From an uncultured Saprospiraceae bacterium (GTDB lineage Bacteria > Bacteroidota > Bacteroidia > Chitinophagales > Saprospiraceae): DNA of 64,000 bases. Under the pieces are notes generated by a model. It was not told the origin of the DNA. It did not search any database and worked only from the letters and a program-made list of their open reading frames with translations. A program made the translations under genes and the position numbers. This document shows positions 17,611-25,921 of this stretch, piece by piece; positions within the stretch are counted from its first letter, which is position 1; every line of letters begins with the position of its first letter. The stretch spans positions 1,018 to 65,017 of the forward strand of contig CALHAM010000024.1 of assembly GCA_937934275.1 (NCBI GenBank). Reading direction: 5' to 3'.

Positions 17611-18225
17611 ATGCGTTGGAGTGCCCTCTCCCGATCTAAGACGCCGCAGATAGACATGACTCCCATGGTAGACATGGCTTTCCTGCTGGTTACCTTCTTC
17701 CTGCTGGCCACCACCTTTAAAACAGGCGAAATCGTATGGGTGCAGATGCCCCGATCGGTGGCGGGGCTAAACCTTCCGATGACTGACCTGCTGACTATAT
17801 ATGTCGATAAAGACGGCCGGGCTTATATGAGCTTGACCTCTCCGCAAGCGCGCCGAGCATGGTTGCACGAATATGGGCGAGTCAGCCAGGTCGCTTACAC
17901 AGAAGAAGAATATCGAGCCTTCGAAACCATGTCGGGCTTTGGCGTCTCGTCGGCGCAATTGCGCAACCTCTTGCAAACACCTGCCGAGGAGCGCAAACGG
18001 TTCAAGCAAAATGGAATTCCCATAAAAGGCGACAAAAACGAACTGGCGGAGTGGATCATCCTGGCGCGCGTAACCATTCCGCGGCTGCGCGTGGCTATTA
18101 AGGCCGATGCTAATACGCCTTACCAAAAAGTCGAGGACGTCATCAAAACCCTGACAGAGATCAACGTGCTGCGCTTCACCCTCATCACCCAACCTAAAAA
18201 ATTGAACGACGATGCTGGATATTGA
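17611..18225 (+). CDS. exbD: Biopolymer transporter ExbD/TolR family
   Basis: 204 aa. N-terminal TM with conserved Asp (DMTPMVDMAFLLVTFFLL) and an ExbD periplasmic domain (VAIKADANTPYQKVEDVIKTL). Confidence 0.8.
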   Translation: MRWSALSRSKTPQIDMTPMVDMAFLLVTFFLLATTFKTGEIVWVQMPRSVAGLNLPMTDLLTIYVDKDGRAYMSLTSPQARRAWLHEYGRVSQVAYTEEEYRAFETMSGFGVSSAQLRNLLQTPAEERKRFKQNGIPIKGDKNELAEWIILARVTIPRLRVAIKADANTPYQKVEDVIKTLTEINVLRFTLITQPKKLNDDAGY

Positions 18226-18754
18226 CGAGATTCCTAACGGCAACCGTCTGCGTCGGCTGGGTCGCACAAGAGAAAAAGCCGGCATTACGACCGACATGAA
18301 CTCGATGGTGGACATGGCCTTCTTGCTGCTTACCTTTTTTATGCTTTCAACGACCATGTATCGCCCGCGGGGCATGGAGCTGGTTATGCCAGTGCCCGAC
18401 GATGAAGACACGCGCACCGAAGAAGTACAGGCCGTCAAAGCCTCTCAGGCGCTCACGCTGATTGCCATGCCCGACCATAAACTCTATTATTATCGCGGGC
18501 TACTCGAGGCTGCCGGCATCAAGCCCATTACTTACGACAAAGCAGGGCTGCGCAACTTCTTACAGGCGTTTGTCCAGGAAACCGACAAGCCCGTCGTACT
18601 CATCAAGCCACACCCCGACTGTGCCTTTGAGGACCTTGTAACCCTGCTGGATGAGATGAACATCAACCATATCAACCGCTATGCCATCGACCGCGTAAGC
18701 GAGCAAGAACTTGCCCGGATGCGCAGCGCTGGCTTTCCTGTGCCCAATCCATAA
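18212..18754 (+). CDS. exbD: Biopolymer transporter ExbD/TolR family (second paralog)
   Basis: 180 aa. Overlaps the previous gene by 14 nt. Motifs DMNSMVDMAFLLLTFFML and VVLIKPHPDCAFEDLVTLLDEM. Confidence 0.8.
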   Translation: MLDIDEIPNGNRLRRLGRTREKAGITTDMNSMVDMAFLLLTFFMLSTTMYRPRGMELVMPVPDDEDTRTEEVQAVKASQALTLIAMPDHKLYYYRGLLEAAGIKPITYDKAGLRNFLQAFVQETDKPVVLIKPHPDCAFEDLVTLLDEMNINHINRYAIDRVSEQELARMRSAGFPVPNP

Positions 18755-18778
18755 ACCGCATTTCTATTTGAAGCAGCC

Positions 18779-19624
18779 ATGAACGAGTCCCCTACTCAGC
18801 AAGCGATAGAGGAAAGCCTCTTCGCCTTCAAAAACAAAGCCTATGGGGCCTATGTCCTGCGGCAACGCCGCGGGCGGCATCTCATGGGCGGTATTGTGGG
18901 CAGCTTGCTGGTGCTTGGCCTGCTGTACAGCTATCCCCTGTTGTGGTTATGGCTTCGCCAGCAGGCGGAAATGTCAGACCTCAAGGAGGTCGAAGTCAAC
19001 GTAACCCCCTATGCCGAACTCGCTGCACCGCCGCCCGTGGCCGAACCCGAAAAACCCAAAGAGCCTGAGGTGGCGCCTCCAAAAGTGCGCACAGTGAAGT
19101 TTCTCAGGCCCGTAGTTAAGGCCGATGAAGAGGTGCGCGACGAAGAAGAAATCCCCACTGTTGAAGACCTCAGTAAAGCCAACCCCGCCCGCATGACTCA
19201 AGAGGGCAGCGGCGACCTTTACGTAGATTACGCCCCCAAAGTAACCCCACCCGAGCCGCCCCCGCCGCCCGAGCCGCCCAAACCAGCGCCTCCCAAACGC
19301 GAAGAACCCATTTACGACTTTGTTTCAAAACGACCGGAATACCCCGGCGGCGAAGAGGCGCTCATGGCCTATCTGGCCGAAAACATCAAGTACCCGCGCT
19401 TAGCTTTAGAAAACAACATTCAGGGCATCGTCGTCGTCCGCTTTGTGGTGGACACGGAAGGGCGCATCTCTAACGTCGAAATACTCAAAGACATCGGCGG
19501 TGGCTGCGGCGCCGAAGCCGTACGCGTCGTGAAGGCTATGCCCAACTGGACGCCCGGCGAACACAACGGCGTCAAAGTGAGCGTTCGCTTCGTCCTGCCG
19601 GTGCGCTTCCAACTCATTAAATGA
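18779..19624 (+). CDS. tonB: Energy transducer TonB
   Basis: 281 aa. N-terminal TM, a Pro/Glu/Lys-rich spacer (PPPVAEPEKPKEPEVAPP...PPEPPPPPEPPKPAPPK), and a C-terminal TonB domain (PEYPGGEEALMAYLAENIKYPRLALENNIQGIVVVRFVVDTEGRISNVEILK). Confidence 0.85.
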   Translation: MNESPTQQAIEESLFAFKNKAYGAYVLRQRRGRHLMGGIVGSLLVLGLLYSYPLLWLWLRQQAEMSDLKEVEVNVTPYAELAAPPPVAEPEKPKEPEVAPPKVRTVKFLRPVVKADEEVRDEEEIPTVEDLSKANPARMTQEGSGDLYVDYAPKVTPPEPPPPPEPPKPAPPKREEPIYDFVSKRPEYPGGEEALMAYLAENIKYPRLALENNIQGIVVVRFVVDTEGRISNVEILKDIGGGCGAEAVRVVKAMPNWTPGEHNGVKVSVRFVLPVRFQLIK

Positions 19625-19693
19625 GGTCCCTCAGCTTACCTACTCTGCCTTGAGCCGTTTTGACCGCCTCCGCTTAAGAGCTCGACAGCTGCA

Positions 19694-20086
19694 TTAGCGT
19701 TTCTGTTGAAAAGTAAAGGTGTAGTTCGCCCAAAAATTCCAGACCATGACCAGCCCAGTAGCGATTATTTTAGCCCAATAGAAGCCCACGCCAGCCTGTT
19801 CGTGCAAAAGATAGATCATGGCATTATTCAGCCCTAAGCCGATGAGTGAGGCCAGGAGAAATTTAGAAAATTGAGCGGCCACTCGGGGGTCGCGGCTGCG
19901 AAAAGTCCATTTGCGGTTGAGTAAGTAGTTGCTCACTACCGCACACAGAAAGCCCGTGCTGTTGGCCACGTACTGATTAAGTCCCAAAACTTCCCGGAGC
20001 AAGCCGGTGATGCCAAAATCCACAAAAACCCCAGAGGTGCCTACCAGTCCGAACTTGACGAACTTCCGAAATAACTCGCTTTTCAT
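19694..20086 (-). CDS. GtrA-family membrane protein
   Basis: 130 aa from the ATG at 20086 (MKSELFRKFVKFGLVGTSGVFVDFG...NYLLNRKWTF). ATGA overlap with the upstream gene. The longer track ORF (to 20398) would lie inside the upstream gene. Confidence 0.75.
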   Translation of the reverse strand: MKSELFRKFVKFGLVGTSGVFVDFGITGLLREVLGLNQYVANSTGFLCAVVSNYLLNRKWTFRSRDPRVAAQFSKFLLASLIGLGLNNAMIYLLHEQAGVGFYWAKIIATGLVMVWNFWANYTFTFQQKR

Positions 20087-21267
20087 GAGAGGCTGTTCGT
20101 TTGTCGATTGGGGCGGAAAGGTAGGCACACTTGCGCAGTGAGCGTTAGCCAAATGAAAATGCAAGGCACCGCTTTGAGCACGTAGGGCTGCACAAAACCC
20201 ATGCGCACCGCTGGTGGAAACAGGTCGGAAGGCGACAGCGAGGCCATAGTGAAGGCCGTCCACAACAGCAGTCGCATCCAACGCGTCGCATGTGGCGTGC
20301 TCCAGTACCAGATGGCTGCACCGCAAAGAGCAATGATGTAGGTGGGCGACTCTGCTTTGTGGTTGAAAATAACCATCCACAGCAGCACAGAGGCCCACAA
20401 ATAGGCGCGCTCGCGCGCCGGCGGCAGCCCTTCAGGGCCTCGACGGCGCCACACCATCCAAGCGCTTCCCAACAACAGCGCCAACCCCACGCATACGACC
20501 GCCAACTTGGGTGGCTGCCACCCGAACCACGTCTGCAACCAGCCCATGACCGATAGCCCTACCGATGCTTCGTGGTCTGCCCGCAACAACGCCACCCACC
20601 ACTCGTAAACGCGCACCAACTGAGCAGGCTCCACCACTGCCAACGGCAACACCAGCAAGACCACCACCCAGATACTCCCCCACCCCATCAGCGCCCACCG
20701 GCGCGGATAAACTAACGCCGGCAAGGCCGCCAAAAAGCCAAAAAGCTTCAAGAACCCACCCGCCGCTACCCAGCCAGCTGCCGCATGGGGGCGCCCGCGC
20801 TCCAGCGCCACCCAAGCCAGTAAGGCAAACGCCGCCATCAGCCCATTGCTCTGGCTGTTCTGCAGCGAAATGAGCAACTCCAACAGCACGAACCACCCTA
20901 TCCAACAACGCCGCTGAGCGTCAAGAACGGGCAAGTGCAGAATAGCCCACAAAAGCGGCAACGCATTGAGCAAGTTCCAAAGCGACAGGCCCACGGCGTC
21001 GGGCAACAGACTGAACGGACCCATGACTACAGCAAACGCCGGGCTGTATTTATACAAATCCCATTGCTCAGCAGGATACGGCGCGTATGGATTTAGCCCC
21101 TGCAGCAAGTGAGCAAAAGCGTTGCGGAAGATGACGTAATTCTCGTAGGCAGTGTAGCCTCCCTTACCCGAGCGCAACCACACACTCTGAAGGCTGGCCA
21201 GTAGAGCCGCACCCGTGTAGGCTACCCAAAGCGCAGGCGGATGATTCCAAAAGCGTCGGAGCCACAT
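20083..21267 (-). CDS. Polytopic membrane glycosyltransferase, GT87/DUF2029-like
   Basis: 394 aa with many TM helices. The N-terminal region YENYVIFRNAFAHLLQGLNPYAPYPAEQWDLYKYSPAFAVVMGPF is typical of DUF2029/GT-C-type mannosyltransferase-like proteins. Confidence 0.6.
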   Translation of the reverse strand: MWLRRFWNHPPALWVAYTGAALLASLQSVWLRSGKGGYTAYENYVIFRNAFAHLLQGLNPYAPYPAEQWDLYKYSPAFAVVMGPFSLLPDAVGLSLWNLLNALPLLWAILHLPVLDAQRRCWIGWFVLLELLISLQNSQSNGLMAAFALLAWVALERGRPHAAAGWVAAGGFLKLFGFLAALPALVYPRRWALMGWGSIWVVVLLVLPLAVVEPAQLVRVYEWWVALLRADHEASVGLSVMGWLQTWFGWQPPKLAVVCVGLALLLGSAWMVWRRRGPEGLPPARERAYLWASVLLWMVIFNHKAESPTYIIALCGAAIWYWSTPHATRWMRLLLWTAFTMASLSPSDLFPPAVRMGFVQPYVLKAVPCIFIWLTLTAQVCLPFRPNRQTNSLS

Positions 21268-21270
21268 GTC

Positions 21271-21678
21271 TCAAAAGTAGGGACCCAATTTGTCCAGCAA
21301 CAATGCCGGCGCCAGCACCACTTTCTTCTCATCGGCTTTGAAAAAGCACAGGCGCGCCGTACCGGCATTCACCACCTCGCCCCGCTCGTTAAGGATGTCG
21401 GTGTGAAAAGTGATGTGCGTATCGGGCAGCTGGCGTATCTCCGTGTGAATGCTCAGCAGATCGTCGTAGTAAGCTGGGCGCACAAAGCGCATTTGCAGGC
21501 TCACTACCGGCAGCCAAATGCCGTGTACCTCCTCTAACTCCTTGTAGCTGAGGCCCAAAGAGCGTATGGTTTCCACACGGCCTACCTCGTAATAGTCGGC
21601 ATAGCGACCGTAGTAGAGATAGCCCATACGGTCGGTTTCGCCATAGCGGACGCGGAGCTGAAAATCGAAACTGTACAC
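21271..21678 (-). CDS. Acyl-CoA thioesterase, YbgC/4HBT hotdog family
   Basis: 135 aa with a GTG start. Motif FQLRVRYGETDRMGYLYYGRYADYYEVGR. Confidence 0.8.
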   Translation of the reverse strand: MYSFDFQLRVRYGETDRMGYLYYGRYADYYEVGRVETIRSLGLSYKELEEVHGIWLPVVSLQMRFVRPAYYDDLLSIHTEIRQLPDTHITFHTDILNERGEVVNAGTARLCFFKADEKKVVLAPALLLDKLGPYF

Positions 21679-21695
21679 CGAACAATAACGCGAAG

Positions 21696-22973
21696 TTAGG
21701 CAGGCATCACCTCCTCGCGCTCAATGGGGCAAGTCATGCAGTGGCTGCCTCCGCGCGCGCGAGAAAGCTCATAGGAAGGTATTGTAATGATCGTATTTTC
21801 TACCTGCTCAGGGTTTATCTTGCCGTTGTCAATATCGCGCAGCAGTTTCTCAGCGCCAACCACCTTGTAGCCGAAAGACTTAAACGCCCGCTCGGTAATA
21901 GGGTTGCGGTCGTAGGTGATGGCCACCCCTGGCTTGAGCGCCACCAAATTGCAGCCATCGGTCCACTGCTCGCGCTCTTGGTAGGGACTCTCCCCCTGAC
22001 CCGCCCAGATAAATTCCATCTTAGGATCGACTTCGGCCAGCAAGAAATCCTTCAAGCTGGGATATTCCACCTCCTCACCGGTGTGCCGATGTACGTCCAC
22101 GTAGGAGCCGAGACCATCCTGCACAATGGGCTTGTAAGCGACCATATGGTGGTGATTGATCTGCGTGAATACCGTGTCGATATGCATGTACGTGCGCTCG
22201 GCTGGGATGTTAACCTGGACGACGTTTTTGATGATGCCGCGGTCGAAAAGCGTTTCCTTGAGCAGTTGAAAGGCATAGTTGTTGGTGCGCTCTGAGCAGC
22301 CGATGAGCAAATAGTCTCGGTTGAGCACCATGACGTCGCCGCCTTCAATACTGACCGTCTCGCCCTTTTTGGAGGGTGGAAACTTGTCTACTCGGTTGAG
22401 GTTGATGGTCTTGCCATCGGCCTTCAGACGCCGAAACACCGGGTGGCTGCTGAAGATGAGGCGCGTGAGGAAATTTTCGCGAAAGCGCGCCGATTTGTTC
22501 GCCTTAGTGATGATGACGTAATCCTTGATGGTGACGGCAATGTCGCGCGTGAAAATGAGGTTAGGTATAGGGTCGAAGAGGATGCGATCTTCCGGCTCCA
22601 AATAGCCCGTAATCAGCGTATCGGCTAATTGTTCGGGCGAAAGGCCCGCTAAACGCGGGATAAAGGAGTAGGGCAATTCTTCAAAATCTGTGATCTTGTT
22701 AATGACCTCGTACTTACTCTCCTCATCGCGCGTGCTTTCGGCCAGCAGGTCGCGCACCTCCAATACGTTTTCCTTGCCCAAAAAAGCGCGCAGCACGTCG
22801 GTGAAAATGTCGTGCTCCTCTTGCATGTTGGGCAAGTGCACGATGTCGTCAAAGAGCAGCTCACCGGCTCGTTTGGGCGTGATGCGGGCAATGCCCTCGT
22901 CGGGGCGGTGCACGATGACCTTTTTCAGGCGGCCAATCTCGGAGTCTACATATATTCGACTATTAATGTCCAT
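21696..22973 (-). CDS. Arginine deiminase-family (guanidino-group modifying) enzyme
   Basis: 425 aa from the ATG at 22973 (MDINSRIYVDSEIGRLKKVIVHRPDEG...LLFDDIVHL). C-terminal catalytic Cys context RGGSHCMTCPIERE. The track ORF start at 23171 would overlap the upstream gene. Confidence 0.7.
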   Translation of the reverse strand: MDINSRIYVDSEIGRLKKVIVHRPDEGIARITPKRAGELLFDDIVHLPNMQEEHDIFTDVLRAFLGKENVLEVRDLLAESTRDEESKYEVINKITDFEELPYSFIPRLAGLSPEQLADTLITGYLEPEDRILFDPIPNLIFTRDIAVTIKDYVIITKANKSARFRENFLTRLIFSSHPVFRRLKADGKTINLNRVDKFPPSKKGETVSIEGGDVMVLNRDYLLIGCSERTNNYAFQLLKETLFDRGIIKNVVQVNIPAERTYMHIDTVFTQINHHHMVAYKPIVQDGLGSYVDVHRHTGEEVEYPSLKDFLLAEVDPKMEFIWAGQGESPYQEREQWTDGCNLVALKPGVAITYDRNPITERAFKSFGYKVVGAEKLLRDIDNGKINPEQVENTIITIPSYELSRARGGSHCMTCPIEREEVMPA

Positions 22974-23015
22974 AAATCCAGAGTTGTTTACTTCGCATTT
23001 TGATGAGAACCGGCG

Positions 23016-23023
23016 CAAAGGTA
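23016..23023 (-). promoter_or_regulatory. Candidate -7 promoter element (TAnnTTTG) for the arginine-deiminase-family operon
   Basis: The minus strand reads TACCTTTG, 42 nt upstream of the ATG at 22973. Confidence 0.3.
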
Positions 23024-23109
23024 GAACTTGCCCAACGGTGGCATAAGTGAAGCGCCTGAGAATTAACGGCTCGAGGAGCGATTTTGCCCACCAAGGGCCT
23101 AGTCTATGC

Positions 23110-23168
23110 TTTTTTTTTTTAGGGCAGGTGGGGTCTTCCAGATACGCACCTACCCTGCTGTTTTTTTT
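23110..23168. other. Intergenic hairpin flanked by homopolymer T runs (T11 - 10-bp stem - T8)
   Basis: T11 at 23110-23120. Stem arms are AGGGCAGGTG (23121-23130) and CACCTACCCT (23147-23156), giving 9 Watson-Crick pairs plus one C/A mismatch position (G-U on the opposite strand) and a 16-nt loop. T8 at 23161-23168 overlaps the stop codon of the upstream minus-strand gene. Confidence 0.5.
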
Positions 23169-24178
23169 CAACTCACCACTCCTTCCAGCTGCTGCCGGTG
23201 TCGCTCAGCGGCCCGAAGGATGCGATGGGCCAACCTCAATGCCTCCACGCCTTCGCGCAGCGTGACGGGTGGCGGAGCGCCGGTTCGGATGCTGTGAGCA
23301 AAAGTTTCCAGTTCCGTTTGTATGGCGTTAAGGGGCGCCACTTCAGGAGCGTACAAGTGCAGCCATTTTCTACCCTGCCCTAAGCTCGCCCATTCGACCA
23401 GTTGCTCGGCGGGTGGCAGATCAGGGGCATCGTTGTCGAATAGGCGGATGACCTGCGCCTTCTTGTCGAGGAAGTCGAGGCTAATGTAGGCATCGGGCTG
23501 GAAGAGGCGCATTTTGCGCATCTGCTTGAGCGAAATGCGGCTGGCCGTGAGGTTGGCTACACACCCGTTGGCAAACTCAATGCGAGCGTTAGCAATGTCC
23601 AAGGTGTGGCTAAGCACAGCCACACCGCTAGCACTCACTCGGCGAACCGGCGAGCGCACCAAATGGAGCACCAAGTCTAAGTCGTGGATCATGAGGTCTA
23701 AAATGACGGCCACCTCCGCCCCACGCGGCTGGAAAGCCGCCAAGCGATGGCACTCAATAAACATGGGCCTTAAGGCCATGCCCTGAAGGGCTAAGTAGGC
23801 CGGGTTGAAGCGCTCGACATGCCCAACCTGCACAACGACACCGTGCTGCTCTGCCAAACGAAGCAGACGAAGGCCCTGCTGAACCGTTTGTGTGGCTGGT
23901 TTTTCCACAAACACATGCTTGCCGGCTCGGATGGCCTGAGCCGCTAAAGCGTAGTGGCTAGGCGTGGGCGTTACAATATCCACCGCATCCACGTCGCGCA
24001 ACAGCGCAGCATAAGACGTATAACGGCGAATGCCCGTAGCCGCCGCCACCTCAGAGGCGCGAGCGTCGTCGGTATCGTAAAAGCCAATGACCTCCCAAGC
24101 GGGGGTAGCCAAGGCGCACTTGAGGTGAATATTGCCCAAATACCCAACACCTGAGAGACCTAACTTGAGTGCCTTCAT
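23168..24178 (-). CDS. Gfo/Idh/MocA-family NAD(P)-dependent oxidoreductase
   Basis: 336 aa. N-terminal Rossmann motif LKLGLSGVGYLGNIHL and the characteristic GKHVFVEKP motif. Confidence 0.85.
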   Translation of the reverse strand: MKALKLGLSGVGYLGNIHLKCALATPAWEVIGFYDTDDARASEVAAATGIRRYTSYAALLRDVDAVDIVTPTPSHYALAAQAIRAGKHVFVEKPATQTVQQGLRLLRLAEQHGVVVQVGHVERFNPAYLALQGMALRPMFIECHRLAAFQPRGAEVAVILDLMIHDLDLVLHLVRSPVRRVSASGVAVLSHTLDIANARIEFANGCVANLTASRISLKQMRKMRLFQPDAYISLDFLDKKAQVIRLFDNDAPDLPPAEQLVEWASLGQGRKWLHLYAPEVAPLNAIQTELETFAHSIRTGAPPPVTLREGVEALRLAHRILRAAERHRQQLEGVVS

Positions 24179-24184
24179 AAGGAT

Positions 24185-24484
24185 TTAGCGGTAATACATC
24201 AAAAGAGCGCCCAAGGCAGTAATAAGCACCAGAAGCACAGTAGCCATGCGGATAGTATAGCGAATGTGCCGCACAAAAGTTTCAATCTCTCGACGACAGT
24301 GCGGATAGCGGGGTAGAATTTCCTCCTCCATGCGGCGGCGGTTAAAAACATGGACAGCGCCAAACTGCACCCGATGGCGCACCAAAACGCCATAGGTCTT
24401 CAGCACTTTTGCCCTGAAGTAAACATTGACGAACAGCATGACGGCGAACAGCCCAATAAGCAGGCTAACCAAAAGCGTATACAT
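24185..24484 (-). CDS. Small two-TM membrane protein, unknown function
   Basis: About 99 aa from the ATG at 24484 (MYTLLVSLLIGLFAVMLFVNVYF ... ATVLLVLITALGALLMYY). Sits 6 nt upstream of the oxidoreductase gene. Confidence 0.4.
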   Translation of the reverse strand: MYTLLVSLLIGLFAVMLFVNVYFRAKVLKTYGVLVRHRVQFGAVHVFNRRRMEEEILPRYPHCRREIETFVRHIRYTIRMATVLLVLITALGALLMYYR

Positions 24485-24757
24485 GCGGCAAAGATAGGCC
24501 CACCACTGAGCGGTTTTGACCACAAGGCTTTTGTAAAAAAGGAACGACAACTCCACCCTCTTTTTCCCACCTTTACAAATACGCCCCCAATGGCTTTCGG
24601 AGGCCTCTGACATTGGCCGTCATTTAGCCCTTAGAAATGCGACTTTTTTTCTACTACCTTTCGCCTGCCTTATGTAGACCTATACCGCCGCGCGCAGCAG
24701 CAAGTGCTCTAGCAATTCCCTCATTTATTTTTCTTACGCTCAACTCAAATTCCTCTT

Positions 24758-25843
24758 ATGACTCGTTTGCTCCCTATTTTCACGCTGATCAGCCTTGGGC
24801 TGCTCAGCTGTCAGCCTTCCGAAAACACCTCCTGGACGGCATTCAAAACCTGCAGCTCCAACGCTTGCGTACAGGAGGCTCTCGCCGTCAAGGCAGCCTT
24901 CCTCCAAAACCCTGAAGCCCTGATGAAAGACTTCCTGAAGACCTACGAAGCAGGTGAAGACCACCTCATTGGTTGGCTCTATCTGTTGCGCGACAGTGTA
25001 CTGACCAACCCACAAGCGGGCACCTATGAGGAGCGCATGGGCTGGCGCGATGAGTTGCTCAATGCTACTCAGCCCTACATCCATGACTCGAAGCTGGGCG
25101 AAATTGCTCGAGTTATCGTCGAGGAGCTGGAAGCCATTGCCTTCACTGACGAACTGGAAGACGCCCTCCCCTTCGTTGAAGACATCGTCTTCACTGGTCA
25201 ATATGCCCTCGACAAAGGAGAGGGAGGAACGGGCGAACTGTTGGTGAGCCAACAAAACGGCAATACGCTGCGCTTCCGCTTGCAAGCCGTGGGCGCAGCA
25301 CCGACGCACCATCAAGGCCAGATCGAAGGCACTGCTACGCTCGTAGCGCGCGCTGAGGCGCGCTTCTCCACGGCCGAATTTGGCGGCGAATGCGTGCTGT
25401 TGCTCCGTTGGTCGGCCGACGGCGTCGAAGTCATCACTGAAAAAGGCGACCCTGCCGCCTGTGGATTGGGCGCTAGCGTAGTGCCCGACGGTGTCTATGC
25501 GCGCAAAAGTTACGACAACCCCTTTCTCAGCGCCGCCGAAGCCAGAAAGGCCGCCCTCTTGCAGGGCGAGTGGGTCTCGGCCGACGACCCAAAAGCCACC
25601 CTCCGCATCGCCGAGGGCCGCTTATTTCAACTCTACGACGGAGAAGAAGTAGAGCCGCCTCTCCGCTGCCTGTATTTTCCTAAGTGCCCGGCCGACTGCT
25701 TGCCGATAGCCGCCACGCCGTGCTTAAAAGTCATCGGTCAAGACGAAGTCTGTTACACCATCGTCAAAGCCGACGGCAAGACCCTCGAAATTTCCCTCAT
25801 CGGTGGCAAAGGAAACACCAACCGGTACCAGCGCAAAAAGTAA
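24758..25843 (+). CDS. Hypothetical lipoprotein
   Basis: 361 aa. Lipobox-type signal peptide MTRLLPIFTLISLGLLSC. No recognisable catalytic motif. Confidence 0.55.
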   Translation: MTRLLPIFTLISLGLLSCQPSENTSWTAFKTCSSNACVQEALAVKAAFLQNPEALMKDFLKTYEAGEDHLIGWLYLLRDSVLTNPQAGTYEERMGWRDELLNATQPYIHDSKLGEIARVIVEELEAIAFTDELEDALPFVEDIVFTGQYALDKGEGGTGELLVSQQNGNTLRFRLQAVGAAPTHHQGQIEGTATLVARAEARFSTAEFGGECVLLLRWSADGVEVITEKGDPAACGLGASVVPDGVYARKSYDNPFLSAAEARKAALLQGEWVSADDPKATLRIAEGRLFQLYDGEEVEPPLRCLYFPKCPADCLPIAATPCLKVIGQDEVCYTIVKADGKTLEISLIGGKGNTNRYQRKK

Positions 25844-25921
25844 ACGCCTTGCGCCCAAATGCTGCTTTGGTGCCTTAGGGCGACACTACTGAGAAAAAGC
25901 CCGAAGACAGAGCAAGCCCCT

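Noticed and set aside
17767-18438. 223-aa minus-strand ORF across the two exbD genes
   Set aside because: It is antisense to two canonical ExbD genes in a conserved exbB-exbD-exbD-tonB arrangement and has no recognisable features.
19240-19290. Apparent tandem CCGCC/CCNCCN DNA repeat
   Set aside because: It encodes the Pro-rich spacer of TonB (PPEPPPPPEPPKPAPP). This is coding low complexity, not a non-coding repeat or a CRISPR-like array.
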